Source of the DNA: Clostridia bacterium
Lineage (GTDB): Bacteria; Bacillota; Clostridia; Christensenellales; Aristaeellaceae
Length of the DNA: 44,436 bases
Assembly (NCBI GenBank): GCA_017460325.1
Contig: JAFUBF010000482.1
Coordinates: 1 to 44,436 of the forward strand
Reading direction: 5' to 3'
Part shown: positions 28,067 to 36,440 of the stretch, one piece after another
How the letters are laid out: every line of letters starts with the position of its first letter
Position numbering within the stretch: position 1 is the first letter of the stretch
Made by a program: the position numbers and the translations under genes
The notes under the pieces: model-generated
Told to the model about the DNA's origin: nothing
What the model saw: only the letters and a program-made list of their open reading frames with translations
Databases searched by the model: none

Positions 28067-28868
28067 GATCAGAAATGCCCGCAAGGATTTTGAGTGCGGG
28101 AACGTGATGAAACGCACCGTACTGGACCATCTGTCCCTGCATCTGGATGACGGGGAGTTTGTGACCATTATCGGCTCCAACGGCGCAGGGAAAAGTACGC
28201 TGTTTAATGCCATCTGCGGTACCTTCCTCCTGGATGAGGGCAGTATCCGCCTGGATGAGATGAACATGACCATGATGCCGGAGCATCGCCGTGCGCGGTA
28301 TATCGGCCGGGTCTTCCAGGATCCCATGCGGGGCACGGCGCCCAACATGACGGTTGAGGAAAACCTGTCCCTGGCGCATTCAAGGAGTACGGCCAACCCC
28401 CTCTCCTTTGCGCCCACCCGGCAGGAAAAGGCGCTCTTCAGAGACCGGCTGTCAGAATTCGGCATGCAGCTGGAGGACCGGATGAAAACCAAGGTCGGGC
28501 TGCTCTCCGGCGGGCAGCGCCAGGCGGTCACGCTTCTGATGTGTACGATTGTGACCCCCCGGCTTCTCCTGCTGGATGAACATACGGCCGCCCTGGATCC
28601 GGGGGCGGCGGCCAAGGTCATGGAAATTACGCGGAAGATCGTTTCGGATGGACACCTGACCACCATGATGATCACGCACAACATGTCGGCCGCCCTCACC
28701 ACCGGGACAAGAACCCTGATGATGGAAAACGGGAAAATCCTGTTCGATCTCTCCGGCGAGCAGCGGGCCAACATGACCACGGAAACCCTGCTTGACCTGT
28801 ATTCCACCACGACACATGCGAAATTTGACAATGACCGGATGCTCTTTGAGAAGGCCGGTCATGCCTGA
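28059..28868 (+). CDS. ABC transporter ATP-binding protein (COG1101-like)
   Basis: ATG 28059 follows GAGGAGG and overlaps the permease stop. Walker A GSNGAGKST, signature LSGGQRQA, Walker B LLLLDEHTAALD. Confidence 0.88.
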   Translation: MLEIRNARKDFECGNVMKRTVLDHLSLHLDDGEFVTIIGSNGAGKSTLFNAICGTFLLDEGSIRLDEMNMTMMPEHRRARYIGRVFQDPMRGTAPNMTVEENLSLAHSRSTANPLSFAPTRQEKALFRDRLSEFGMQLEDRMKTKVGLLSGGQRQAVTLLMCTIVTPRLLLLDEHTAALDPGAAAKVMEITRKIVSDGHLTTMMITHNMSAALTTGTRTLMMENGKILFDLSGEQRANMTTETLLDLYSTTTHAKFDNDRMLFEKAGHA

Positions 28869-28901
28869 GCGAAAGATGGCCGATGCCACGAAAGGACCGC
28901 G

Positions 28902-29918
28902 ATGAGCAGGAAACGGATTCTTGTGATTTACACGGGCGGCACCATTGGGATGACCCGAACCGAGCATGGATATGCCCCGCAGAAGGAAGCGTTTCACGCC
29001 CTTCTGCGGCAGATTCCGGAGCTGTATGCGCCCACCATGCCCGAGTGGGACATGGTGGACATGGATCCTCTTCTGGATTCCTCCAACATCACGGTTCTGG
29101 AATGGAACGCCATTGGCGAGCAGATCGCCAGCCACTACGCTGACTATGACGGGTTTGTCGTCCTGCACGGAACGGATACCATGGCCTATACCGCGTCGGC
29201 TCTGTCGTTCATGCTGCGCAAGAGCAACAAACCGGTGATCCTGACGGGCTCCCAGATTCCGCTCTGCGAGGTCCGGAATGATGCGCGGGACAATCTGATC
29301 ACGGCACTGCTGATCGCTGCAGGCAGTCTGGTGCATGAGGTGTGCCTGTACTTCGGCGGAAAGCTGCTCCGGGGGAACCGGGCCATTAAGTATTCAGCGG
29401 ATGACCTGATTGCCTTTGAGTCGCCCAATTACCCCGTACTGGCGGAGGCGGGAATTGAAATCCGCATGAACCGCGCGGCCCTTCTGCCCCGGTGCCGGGA
29501 GAACTTTTCCCTCCAGCGCCTGGTGAACATTCCCATCGGGGTCATCAAGGTGTTCCCGGGGATTCAGTTCGACCTCTTTGATTCCATCATGACGGAACGG
29601 CTGAAGGGCATTGTGATTGAAACCTTCGGTGCGGGCAACATTCCAAAGCACGCCGACTCCCTGCTTCCCATCATCCGAAAGGCCAGTGAGAACGGGACCA
29701 TCATCATTGTCTGTTCCCAGTGTCCCCACGGAACCGTATCCCTCGGCGCTTACGAGACCTCCAGCGCCCTGAAAGACGCCGGGGCCGTCAGCGGATACGA
29801 CATCACAACAGAGGCGGCGGTTGCGAAACTGTACTACCTGTTCAGCCGCGGCCTGACCGACCGGGAAATCCGGGAAAGGATGGGGCGAAGCCTGCGGGGA
29901 GAGGTAACCCTTCCCTGA
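28902..29918 (+). CDS. ansA: L-asparaginase, type I (cytoplasmic AnsA-like)
   Basis: ILVIYTGGTIGM (catalytic Thr motif), VVLHGTDTMAYTASAL and IVIETFGAGN. Confidence 0.88.
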   Translation: MSRKRILVIYTGGTIGMTRTEHGYAPQKEAFHALLRQIPELYAPTMPEWDMVDMDPLLDSSNITVLEWNAIGEQIASHYADYDGFVVLHGTDTMAYTASALSFMLRKSNKPVILTGSQIPLCEVRNDARDNLITALLIAAGSLVHEVCLYFGGKLLRGNRAIKYSADDLIAFESPNYPVLAEAGIEIRMNRAALLPRCRENFSLQRLVNIPIGVIKVFPGIQFDLFDSIMTERLKGIVIETFGAGNIPKHADSLLPIIRKASENGTIIIVCSQCPHGTVSLGAYETSSALKDAGAVSGYDITTEAAVAKLYYLFSRGLTDREIRERMGRSLRGEVTLP

Positions 29919-30172
29919 CCCCTGCGAAGGACCTTCCGCCTTTGCCCCACTGCTGTCCAAAATGGCAGTGCCGGGGAATGATCAGATGAATCCATGAAAT
30001 GAGGCAGGGCGAAAGACTGACCATGCTTCCCTGTTTCGCAAAGGCAGGCAGTGCCGACGAAGTTTATACTGCATGCAGAAAGAAGGGGGCAAAGTCTGCA
30101 CCAGTTTGTCGAATCATGTCCCATATCCATCATACGGTGCCGAAAGCCAAGGCGCCATGAAAGAAGAACCTG

Positions 30173-30655
30173 GTGCTGGCGAAAAACACCTCCTGGCAGC
30201 TGACCTGTCAGGTACTTCCGGAGGAGGCGGATGACAAGACCGTTCTGTGGAAATCGACGAACGAGGCGGTGGCCACCGTCGATGAATCCGGTCGGGTCAC
30301 AGCAGTGGGCACTGGAACTACCACCATCACAGGCACCGCCGGGGACGGATCAAAAGTGAAGGCGCAGATCGGAGCTACCGTGAAGGCATATGATCTGGTA
30401 CTGACAGGAGATCAGAGCGAGGATGTCTCTGCCGTGCTGTTTGATGGGGTGGTGACAGTTTCCGGACAAAAGGTGACAGGAGAGTTTGATGAAACAAAGG
30501 TAAAGTTCCGAAAAGGCTGTGCCGTGATCGAAAACGGCCTCCTGAAACCGCTGAAACCGGGAGAGGATACGGTAACCCTGTCCTACCTGGTGGACGGCAG
30601 GGAAAAGAAAGGGACCTTCACGCTGTATGTTTCCCGGGACTGCGTGAATGAGTGA
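30173..30655 (+). CDS. Bacterial Ig-like (Big_2) domain protein, probably a 5'-truncated remnant
   Basis: Big_2 pattern: TSWQLTCQVLPEEADDKTVLWKSTNEAVATVDESGRVTAVGTGTTTITGTA. The ORF opens 12 nt after an in-frame stop, starts at GTG, has no signal peptide and has no convincing RBS. Confidence 0.4.
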   Translation: MLAKNTSWQLTCQVLPEEADDKTVLWKSTNEAVATVDESGRVTAVGTGTTTITGTAGDGSKVKAQIGATVKAYDLVLTGDQSEDVSAVLFDGVVTVSGQKVTGEFDETKVKFRKGCAVIENGLLKPLKPGEDTVTLSYLVDGREKKGTFTLYVSRDCVNE

Positions 30656-30685
30656 GCTGCGGGGAACAGATTTCCATAATACGAA

Positions 30686-30714
30686 AGAACACGGGCCGGG
30701 CCCGTGTTCTTTGG
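30686..30714. terminator. Hairpin terminator between convergent genes
   Basis: AGAACACGGG (30686-30695) pairs with CCCGTGTTCT (30701-30710), followed by TTGG. The T-tract is short. Confidence 0.55.
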
Positions 30715-30743
30715 TACTATGGAATCGGTGGGGATAGGGGCAA

Positions 30744-31715
30744 TCAGAGAAGATTGACGCGGAGATCGTCCACAGACGGGAGGGTATGGATGATGCCCCG
30801 GTCAAACATCCACTGGATGTTTTCCTGCCAGCACAGATCCGACTGGGTCAGGAACGGGACATCCTCCTTTTCCATCATGGGGAGCAGAACATTCATGCTC
30901 TTTTCCTCCACTTCAGGGGAGAGCGGGAAATTTTCCTCAGTCTGATTGTCGAGCAGATTTCCGAGGGAGGCGGCAGGGTCCGCTTTCATGTCCGCGAATC
31001 CGCGGGCAGAGGCCCGCAGAAAGGCCCTGAGGGTGTCGCTGTCCTGATCAATCATGCGATCACTGGCCAGAAAAACGGCCTCGTAATAGGTGGGGACGCC
31101 GTACTCGTCCAGGGGAAAGTAGCTGACCTCGAACCCTTCCTTTTCAAGCTGGGGAACCTCGTGGTTGACGAGGCAGCCGATGGTCGCATCCACGTTTCCG
31201 GTGGTCATGGAGGACATGAGATCAAAGCCCACGTCGATCAGGTGGACATCCGATTCACTGGCGCCGACATACTTCATCATGGAGGCGATAATCTCCTCGC
31301 TGAGTTCTGTGCCGGCGTAACCGACGGTTTTCCCGACCAGATCGGCGGGGGAATGGATTCCCCTGTCCCGGAGGGACAGAACGATATTCAGCGGACCCTG
31401 TACAATTGCCCCGATGGATTTGACGGGGACATGCTGATTGGCCCGGGCCTGAATGATGTCCTGCTGATAGTAAACGCCGATGTCGGCGCGGCCTGCGGCC
31501 ACCAGGGACAGGGCGTCATTGCTGTTTGAGGGAAAGCGGATGTTAACCTGAAGCCCTTCCTCGGCATAATACCCTTTCTGAATGGCCGTGTAAATGAAGG
31601 CGTGCAGGGCATTGGGATACCAGTCGAGGACCACATCCAGTTCTCTCAGGGGCGCTGCCTGAGCGATGACGGCAAAGAGGCACAGGATAAAAAGAATGGC
31701 AAGAAGGCGTTTCAT
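30744..31715 (-). CDS. thiY: NMT1/THI5-like ABC substrate-binding protein (ThiY-like, HMP/pyrimidine precursor binding)
   Basis: ATG 31715 follows AAGGAG, with signal peptide MKRLLAILFILCLFAVIAQAAP. The NMT1/THI5-like block is LDVVLDWYPNALHAFIYTAIQKGYYAEEGL. It sits in a thiamine locus. Confidence 0.7.
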   Translation of the reverse strand: MKRLLAILFILCLFAVIAQAAPLRELDVVLDWYPNALHAFIYTAIQKGYYAEEGLQVNIRFPSNSNDALSLVAAGRADIGVYYQQDIIQARANQHVPVKSIGAIVQGPLNIVLSLRDRGIHSPADLVGKTVGYAGTELSEEIIASMMKYVGASESDVHLIDVGFDLMSSMTTGNVDATIGCLVNHEVPQLEKEGFEVSYFPLDEYGVPTYYEAVFLASDRMIDQDSDTLRAFLRASARGFADMKADPAASLGNLLDNQTEENFPLSPEVEEKSMNVLLPMMEKEDVPFLTQSDLCWQENIQWMFDRGIIHTLPSVDDLRVNLL

Positions 31716-31897
31716 GGCGTACACTCCTTTTATGTTGCTTTGGCTTTCGGCATCGTATGATTAACAGGGAACATGATTTGACAAAACGGTGCTGCGCACC
31801 GGGCCCACTCCCTTAAGATTGACAGGGCAAGGTTTGACAAACCAGTGCAGACTTTGCCCATTCCTCTGTTCGTTTATCGATTGAAACCCGGAAGGGC

Positions 31898-32653
31898 TCA
31901 GGATTCGCCACGCCAGCGTACCAGATGCCGTTCCAGCAGGCTGACGCCGGTGACGGCCAGCATGGCGATGAGGGACATGAGGACGATGGGGGCAAAGACC
32001 CCGGCGCCGTCCAGCTGGGTCATCATGCGCCGTGAGAAATAACCGAGCCCGTTCTGTGCACCCAGCCATTCGCCGATGGCGGCCCCGATGATGCTCATGG
32101 GGATGGACATCTTGATGGCGGAGAAAAAGGAGGGCAGGGCACAGGGGACCTTGATTTTGAAGAAAATATCCCGTTTCCCGGCGCCATAGGTGAGAAGAAG
32201 CTCGGCCATTTCGACCCGGGCGGACTTGAAGCCGTCAAATACCGTGATGGTGATGGGGAAAAAGGTGATGAGAATGGTGACCACGACCTTGCTCCAGATG
32301 CCATATCCGAACCAGAGGACGAACAGCGGGGCAATGGCGGTGGTTGGGATGGTCTGGGAGGCCACCACGATGGGATAGAGAGATTTGTACATCAGGGGAC
32401 TGGCATCCATCAGGATGGCCAGGCCGAGCCCGAGAACCAGAGAGATGAGCAGCCCGATGGCTGTGACCTGCAGGGTGGCCGGCAGATGGACGGTGAAAAG
32501 CGGCACCCGCAGTTCGTAGAGACGGACCAGGATCTGGATGGGCGAGGGCAGAATGTACGCGGCGTTGATGTTCATGGCACTGACCTGCCAGAAGAGGAGG
32601 AGAAGGAAGAGAAAGATCAGGGCGGGCAAATTGCCCGAATTGGCCTTTTTCAC
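31898..32653 (-). CDS. thiX: ABC transporter permease (NitT/TauT family, ThiX-like)
   Basis: 251 aa with six predicted TM segments. Its start overlaps the stop of the upstream ATPase gene (32650-32653). Confidence 0.75.
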   Translation of the reverse strand: MKKANSGNLPALIFLFLLLLFWQVSAMNINAAYILPSPIQILVRLYELRVPLFTVHLPATLQVTAIGLLISLVLGLGLAILMDASPLMYKSLYPIVVASQTIPTTAIAPLFVLWFGYGIWSKVVVTILITFFPITITVFDGFKSARVEMAELLLTYGAGKRDIFFKIKVPCALPSFFSAIKMSIPMSIIGAAIGEWLGAQNGLGYFSRRMMTQLDGAGVFAPIVLMSLIAMLAVTGVSLLERHLVRWRGES

Positions 32654-33426
32654 GTGATCACCTGCTTTCGGAGGGCAGCGAGCAGTGCTTCGCGCAACTC
32701 GACAATCTCAGGCCGGGACAGGTCCCGGCGTGTTCTGCTACCGGGGAGCGGGACGGGAATACGGGAAAGTTCCCGGATCGGGGTGTCCGTCACCACCAGA
32801 ATATCGCTCGAGAGATACAGCGCCTCCTCCACGTCATGGGTGATGAAGAGGATGGTTTTGCCGCTGCCCTGCCACTGCGCCCGCAGCCATTCCTGCATGT
32901 CAATGCGGGTCAGATAGTCAAGTGCCGAGAAGGGCTCATCCAGGAGCAGCAGATTGCTGCCGGTGAGCATGGTCCTTGCAAATGCAGCCCGCTGACGCAT
33001 TCCGCCGGAGAGTTCCTCCGGTTTTTTGTCGATACAACCCTCAAGACCCACGCTGGCAAGGGCCTCCCGGACCCGGTTTCGTATCTCGGTCCCGGAGAGA
33101 CCGCCCCGGATTTCAAGCGGGAGCGCGAGATTCCGGCCGACACTTCGCCAGGGAAACAGCAGATCTTTCTGCGGCATATATCCGCAGTACTGGCGAAGAC
33201 CGGTGATATTCTCTCCGCCCACCCGGATCTCGCCGGCATCGGGCCGGAGCAGTCCGTTGATGAGACGGAAGATGGTGCTCTTGCCGCAGCCACTGACCCC
33301 CAGCAGGCAGTGAAAGGCGCCGGGCTGGACCTGGAAGGACAGGTGCTCAAGGGTATCCTGGGGATCCCCGGGATACCGGAAGGTGACATGGTCAAAATCC
33401 AGAATACTCATAGCTGCTGTTCCCAT
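32650..33426 (-). CDS. thiZ: ABC transporter ATP-binding protein (ThiZ-like)
   Basis: Walker A GVSGCGKST, signature LSGGMRQR, Walker B LLLLDEPFSALD. The alternative start ATG 33411 would avoid overlap with tenA. Confidence 0.8.
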   Translation of the reverse strand: MGTAAMSILDFDHVTFRYPGDPQDTLEHLSFQVQPGAFHCLLGVSGCGKSTIFRLINGLLRPDAGEIRVGGENITGLRQYCGYMPQKDLLFPWRSVGRNLALPLEIRGGLSGTEIRNRVREALASVGLEGCIDKKPEELSGGMRQRAAFARTMLTGSNLLLLDEPFSALDYLTRIDMQEWLRAQWQGSGKTILFITHDVEEALYLSSDILVVTDTPIRELSRIPVPLPGSRTRRDLSRPEIVELREALLAALRKQVIT

Positions 33427-34067
33427 GCCATATCCCAGAAGGCGAGCTCATAGCGGCTGCAGTTCACAAAGATTTCCGTCAGGCGGGCCCGCTCGGCCGC
33501 ATCGGCGGATTCTGCCAGATCGTCCATAAGCCGGATCAGGGCCTCATTGGTACGCTGATATTCCTCTGAGGTATAGCCCGTAATCCATTCGCCGTAGAAC
33601 GGATGGGCTGCGGCCCCCGGGACACTTCCCAGTGCGCTTCCGATTTCCGCATAACTCCAGGAACAGGCAAGAATGGCCGCCACGATTTCAGCGGGGCCGC
33701 CTGCCTCTGCAATGGCTAGCATGTAATGCGTATAGGAGAGATTGGCCAGGGCCGGTGTAACCTGCAGGACGTCCTCCTCCCGGATGCCGAGACGCTGCAT
33801 ATACGCACGGTGGAGGTTCATCTCCCCGTTCAGGGTCGCCTCCACGTTCCGGGCAAATTCCCGCATCAGGACCGGATCCCGGGCCTTCACGACGCCCAGA
33901 GCGAAAACGCGGGCATAGTCGAAGAGGTACAGGTAATCCTGCAGCATGAAGAAGCGGAACTTTTCCATGTCAAGGGTGCCGTCGCCAATGCCCCGGACAA
34001 AGGGGTGATCCAGGCACTGTGCCCAGATTTCGGCGGCTGCGGCATGCATCTGTTCGGTCAGTTTCAT
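33408..34067 (-). CDS. tenA: TenA family aminopyrimidine aminohydrolase (thiaminase II)
   Basis: HPFVRGIGDGTLDMEKFRFFMLQDYLYLFDYARVFALGV is typical of TenA. The start overlaps the thiD stop (ATGA). Confidence 0.85.
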   Translation of the reverse strand: MKLTEQMHAAAAEIWAQCLDHPFVRGIGDGTLDMEKFRFFMLQDYLYLFDYARVFALGVVKARDPVLMREFARNVEATLNGEMNLHRAYMQRLGIREEDVLQVTPALANLSYTHYMLAIAEAGGPAEIVAAILACSWSYAEIGSALGSVPGAAAHPFYGEWITGYTSEEYQRTNEALIRLMDDLAESADAAERARLTEIFVNCSRYELAFWDMAWEQQL

Positions 34068-34876
34068 TTATCTGCCTCCTCCCCGATAAACGAACTCCGG
34101 AGGTCATAGAGATGATTCATGGGTCCGCGGCCGCTGCCCAGATCCAGCATGGCGGCCAGTGCACCGGAGATGTATTCCTTTGCCCGCTCCACCGCGGTCT
34201 CAAGGGGCATGTCCTTGGCCAGGTTGGCGGCAATGGCGCTTGAAAGGGTGCATCCCGTTCCGTGGGTGTTTGGGTTCAGAATGCGGCGGCCCCTGAACCA
34301 GTGGAGCGTTCCGCTCTGCCAGAGGAGGTCGTTGGCATCATTGAGATCGTGTCCGCCTTTGAGGAGGACGGCGCAGCCCAGGCGCTGCCCGATCCGGTCC
34401 GCGGCCTTTTCCATGTCGTCAGGGCTGGTGATGTGCAGGCCGGAGAGGATCTCCGCCTCCGGAATGTTCGGCGTAATGATCTCGGCCAGGGGGAGCAGGC
34501 GGGTGATGAGGCTCTCAAGGGCATCATCCCGCAGCAGCTTGGCACCGGAGGTGGCGACCATGACCGGATCGGCCACGATGTGCCGGGCCCTGTACTGCGT
34601 CAGCTTTTCGGCGATGACCTCAATCAGGTCACGGGAGGAGACCATGCCGATCTTGACGGCATCTGGATAGATATCCGTAAAGACGGCGTCAAGCTGGCTG
34701 GCGAGGAATTCCGGTGTTGAATCCAGAATGGCGGTGACGCCGGTGGTGTTCTGGGCCGTCAGGGCGGTTACGGCGGTCATGGCAAAGACGCCGTTTGCGC
34801 TCATGGTCTTAGTGTCCGCCTGGATTCCGGCGCCGCCGCTTGAATCGCTTCCGGCGATGGATAATGCTGTTTTCAC
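34064..34876 (-). CDS. thiD: Hydroxymethylpyrimidine/phosphomethylpyrimidine kinase
   Basis: ALSIAGSDSSGGAGIQADTKT and GTGCTLSSAIAANLA motifs. Confidence 0.9.
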   Translation of the reverse strand: MKTALSIAGSDSSGGAGIQADTKTMSANGVFAMTAVTALTAQNTTGVTAILDSTPEFLASQLDAVFTDIYPDAVKIGMVSSRDLIEVIAEKLTQYRARHIVADPVMVATSGAKLLRDDALESLITRLLPLAEIITPNIPEAEILSGLHITSPDDMEKAADRIGQRLGCAVLLKGGHDLNDANDLLWQSGTLHWFRGRRILNPNTHGTGCTLSSAIAANLAKDMPLETAVERAKEYISGALAAMLDLGSGRGPMNHLYDLRSSFIGEEADK

Positions 34877-34962
34877 GGGAATGCTCCTTTCATTTACCGG
34901 CCAATTCCGGCCGGAATAAAGAAAAGCGGTGTCCTTCCGGACACCGCTTCAGTCTGGCGCGT

Positions 34963-35481
34963 TTACTGCCCCAGGTGGGCAGTGAGGCTGTTTAATGCGC
35001 CGCTCCGCTTGAGAGCCAGAGCGACGACGGCAGCGATCACTGATCCCACAACGGTGGAGATCAGGAAGGGAACGATATAGGCATAGAAAGCCACGTTCGC
35101 TGCCGAAACGCCCATGAAGGAAATGGCGATGGGATAAGCCAGCAGACCGCCAATGATGCCGGTCCCGATGATCTCACCCACAGCAGTGGGAATGACTTTC
35201 TTTGTATAGCGGTATACAAGTCCGCTGAGCAGGGCACCGCACATGCTACCCGGGAAAGCCATGAGGCTGCCAAGACCCAGCAGATTACGAAGGAGGCTGG
35301 CCAGAAAGGCGACGCCCACGCCGTACCCGGGGCCCAGCAGAATGGCACAGAAGACGTTGACCATGTGCTGCACGGGGGCGCATTTGCTGCCCAGAACGGG
35401 GAAGGAAAGCAGGCTGCCGACGACGGCAACCGCAACCAGAATACCGGCCAGTGCCAGCCGGAGTGTGGAATTGTTTTTCAT
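34963..35481 (-). CDS. thiW: ECF-type thiazole precursor transporter S component ThiW
   Basis: 172-aa membrane protein. The ThiW-like N-terminus is LRLALAGILVAVAVVGSLLSFPVLGSKCAPVQHMVNVFCAILLGP. AAAGGAG RBS. It lies downstream of a TPP-like element. Confidence 0.75.
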   Translation of the reverse strand: MKNNSTLRLALAGILVAVAVVGSLLSFPVLGSKCAPVQHMVNVFCAILLGPGYGVGVAFLASLLRNLLGLGSLMAFPGSMCGALLSGLVYRYTKKVIPTAVGEIIGTGIIGGLLAYPIAISFMGVSAANVAFYAYIVPFLISTVVGSVIAAVVALALKRSGALNSLTAHLGQ

Positions 35482-35489
35482 ATCGATCG

Positions 35490-35625
35490 CTCCTTTGATT
35501 ATAGGCAGGGGATCAGCAGCAAAACAGACAGCTTCCCCCCGGGGAAAACGGCATGAACCCTCTGCGGTCCGTGCCGGTCGGTCGAGACTAACTGGTCTCC
35601 TCTCACGCCGGAGGGGATTCGGTTT
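35490..35625 (-). promoter_or_regulatory. Divergent TPP (THI-box) riboswitch-like element upstream of thiW
   Basis: The minus strand reads CCCCTCCGGCGTGAGAGGAGACCAGTTAGTCTCGACCGACCGGCACGGACCGCAGAGGGTTC. It has a GUGAGAGG core in place of CUGAGAGG, a GAGAC/GTCTC hairpin and a (A)CCG...CCGCAGAGGG 3' half resembling ACCUGAUC...GCGUAGGGA. The match is clearly weaker than for the thiM element. Confidence 0.5.
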
Positions 35626-35801
35626 CGAATCCGTCCCGAAGGGACAAGATCCGCCGTGCGGACCTTCCTTATACGGCTTCCCATCGCTGTCCTGTATCGT
35701 TTCCGATACGACCGCCGCAGGGCGCTCCCCCTCCGGCGGGTCCCGTCTCCCGGGACGTTTTGCGCTTCCCCTCCTTTCGTCAAAAGATCAATCGGCCGGA
35801 T

Positions 35802-36440
35802 TCAGTCTGAAACCAGCTGCTCCGAAAGCTGACGGAGCAGAACGGATTCACCGTAGATATCCGGGGCCGAAAAGATGCCGGATACGACGGCAACCCCCCG
35901 AATCCCGGTGCCGGCAAGCCCGGCGATGTTCTGCCGGCTGATGCCGCCGATGGCCACCACGGGAATTCGGACGGAGGCGGTAATTTCGCGAAGTCTGTCC
36001 ATGGTCATGAACGGAACACCGGGCTTGGTGGTCGACCCGAAGACGGCGCCGCTGCCCAGGTAATCCGCGCCGGCTGCCTCGGCTGCCCGGGCCTGCTCCA
36101 CGGTTTTGGCCGTGACACCGAGAATCCTGTCGGGGCCGATGCGGGCCCGGACATCGCCGGCGGGCAGATCGCTCTGACCGACGTGCACCCCGTCTGCTCC
36201 GCAGGCCAGTGCAATCTCGATGCGGTCATTGATGATCAGCGGAACCTGATGGGCCTGACATACCTCTTTCAGCCGGCGGGCCTCCTCCAGGAAGCGGGCA
36301 TCATCTGCGGTCTTATCCCGGAGCTGGATCATGGTGGCGCCGCCCAGAATTGCGGACCGGACCTGTTCGACCAGGTCAGGCCCGGCAGCGGGATCGGTGA
36401 GGGCATAGAGCCGCAGCATGGACTCAGTAAATCTTTTCAT
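35802..36440 (-). CDS. thiE: Thiamine-phosphate synthase
   Basis: Motifs LYALTD, GADGVHVGQSDL, GADYLGSGAVFGSTTK and VVAIGGI. ATG 36440 is preferred because GAAGGAAG lies 6 nt upstream. The track start is 36467, and 36419 is also possible. Confidence 0.88.
   Translation of the reverse strand: MKRFTESMLRLYALTDPAAGPDLVEQVRSAILGGATMIQLRDKTADDARFLEEARRLKEVCQAHQVPLIINDRIEIALACGADGVHVGQSDLPAGDVRARIGPDRILGVTAKTVEQARAAEAAGADYLGSGAVFGSTTKPGVPFMTMDRLREITASVRIPVVAIGGISRQNIAGLAGTGIRGVAVVSGIFSAPDIYGESVLLRQLSEQLVSD

Noticed and set aside
35615-35632. GGTTTCGAATCC resembling a tRNA T-arm (GGTTCGAATCC)
   Set aside because: As a T-arm the loop would be 8 nt instead of the canonical 7. I could not build an acceptor, D or anticodon arm around it on either strand.
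35499-35783. 94-aa minus-strand ORF in the thiE-thiW spacer
   Set aside because: It covers the TPP-like element and the hairpin-rich RNA region. It is Arg-rich with no RBS, so the region is more plausibly non-coding regulatory RNA.
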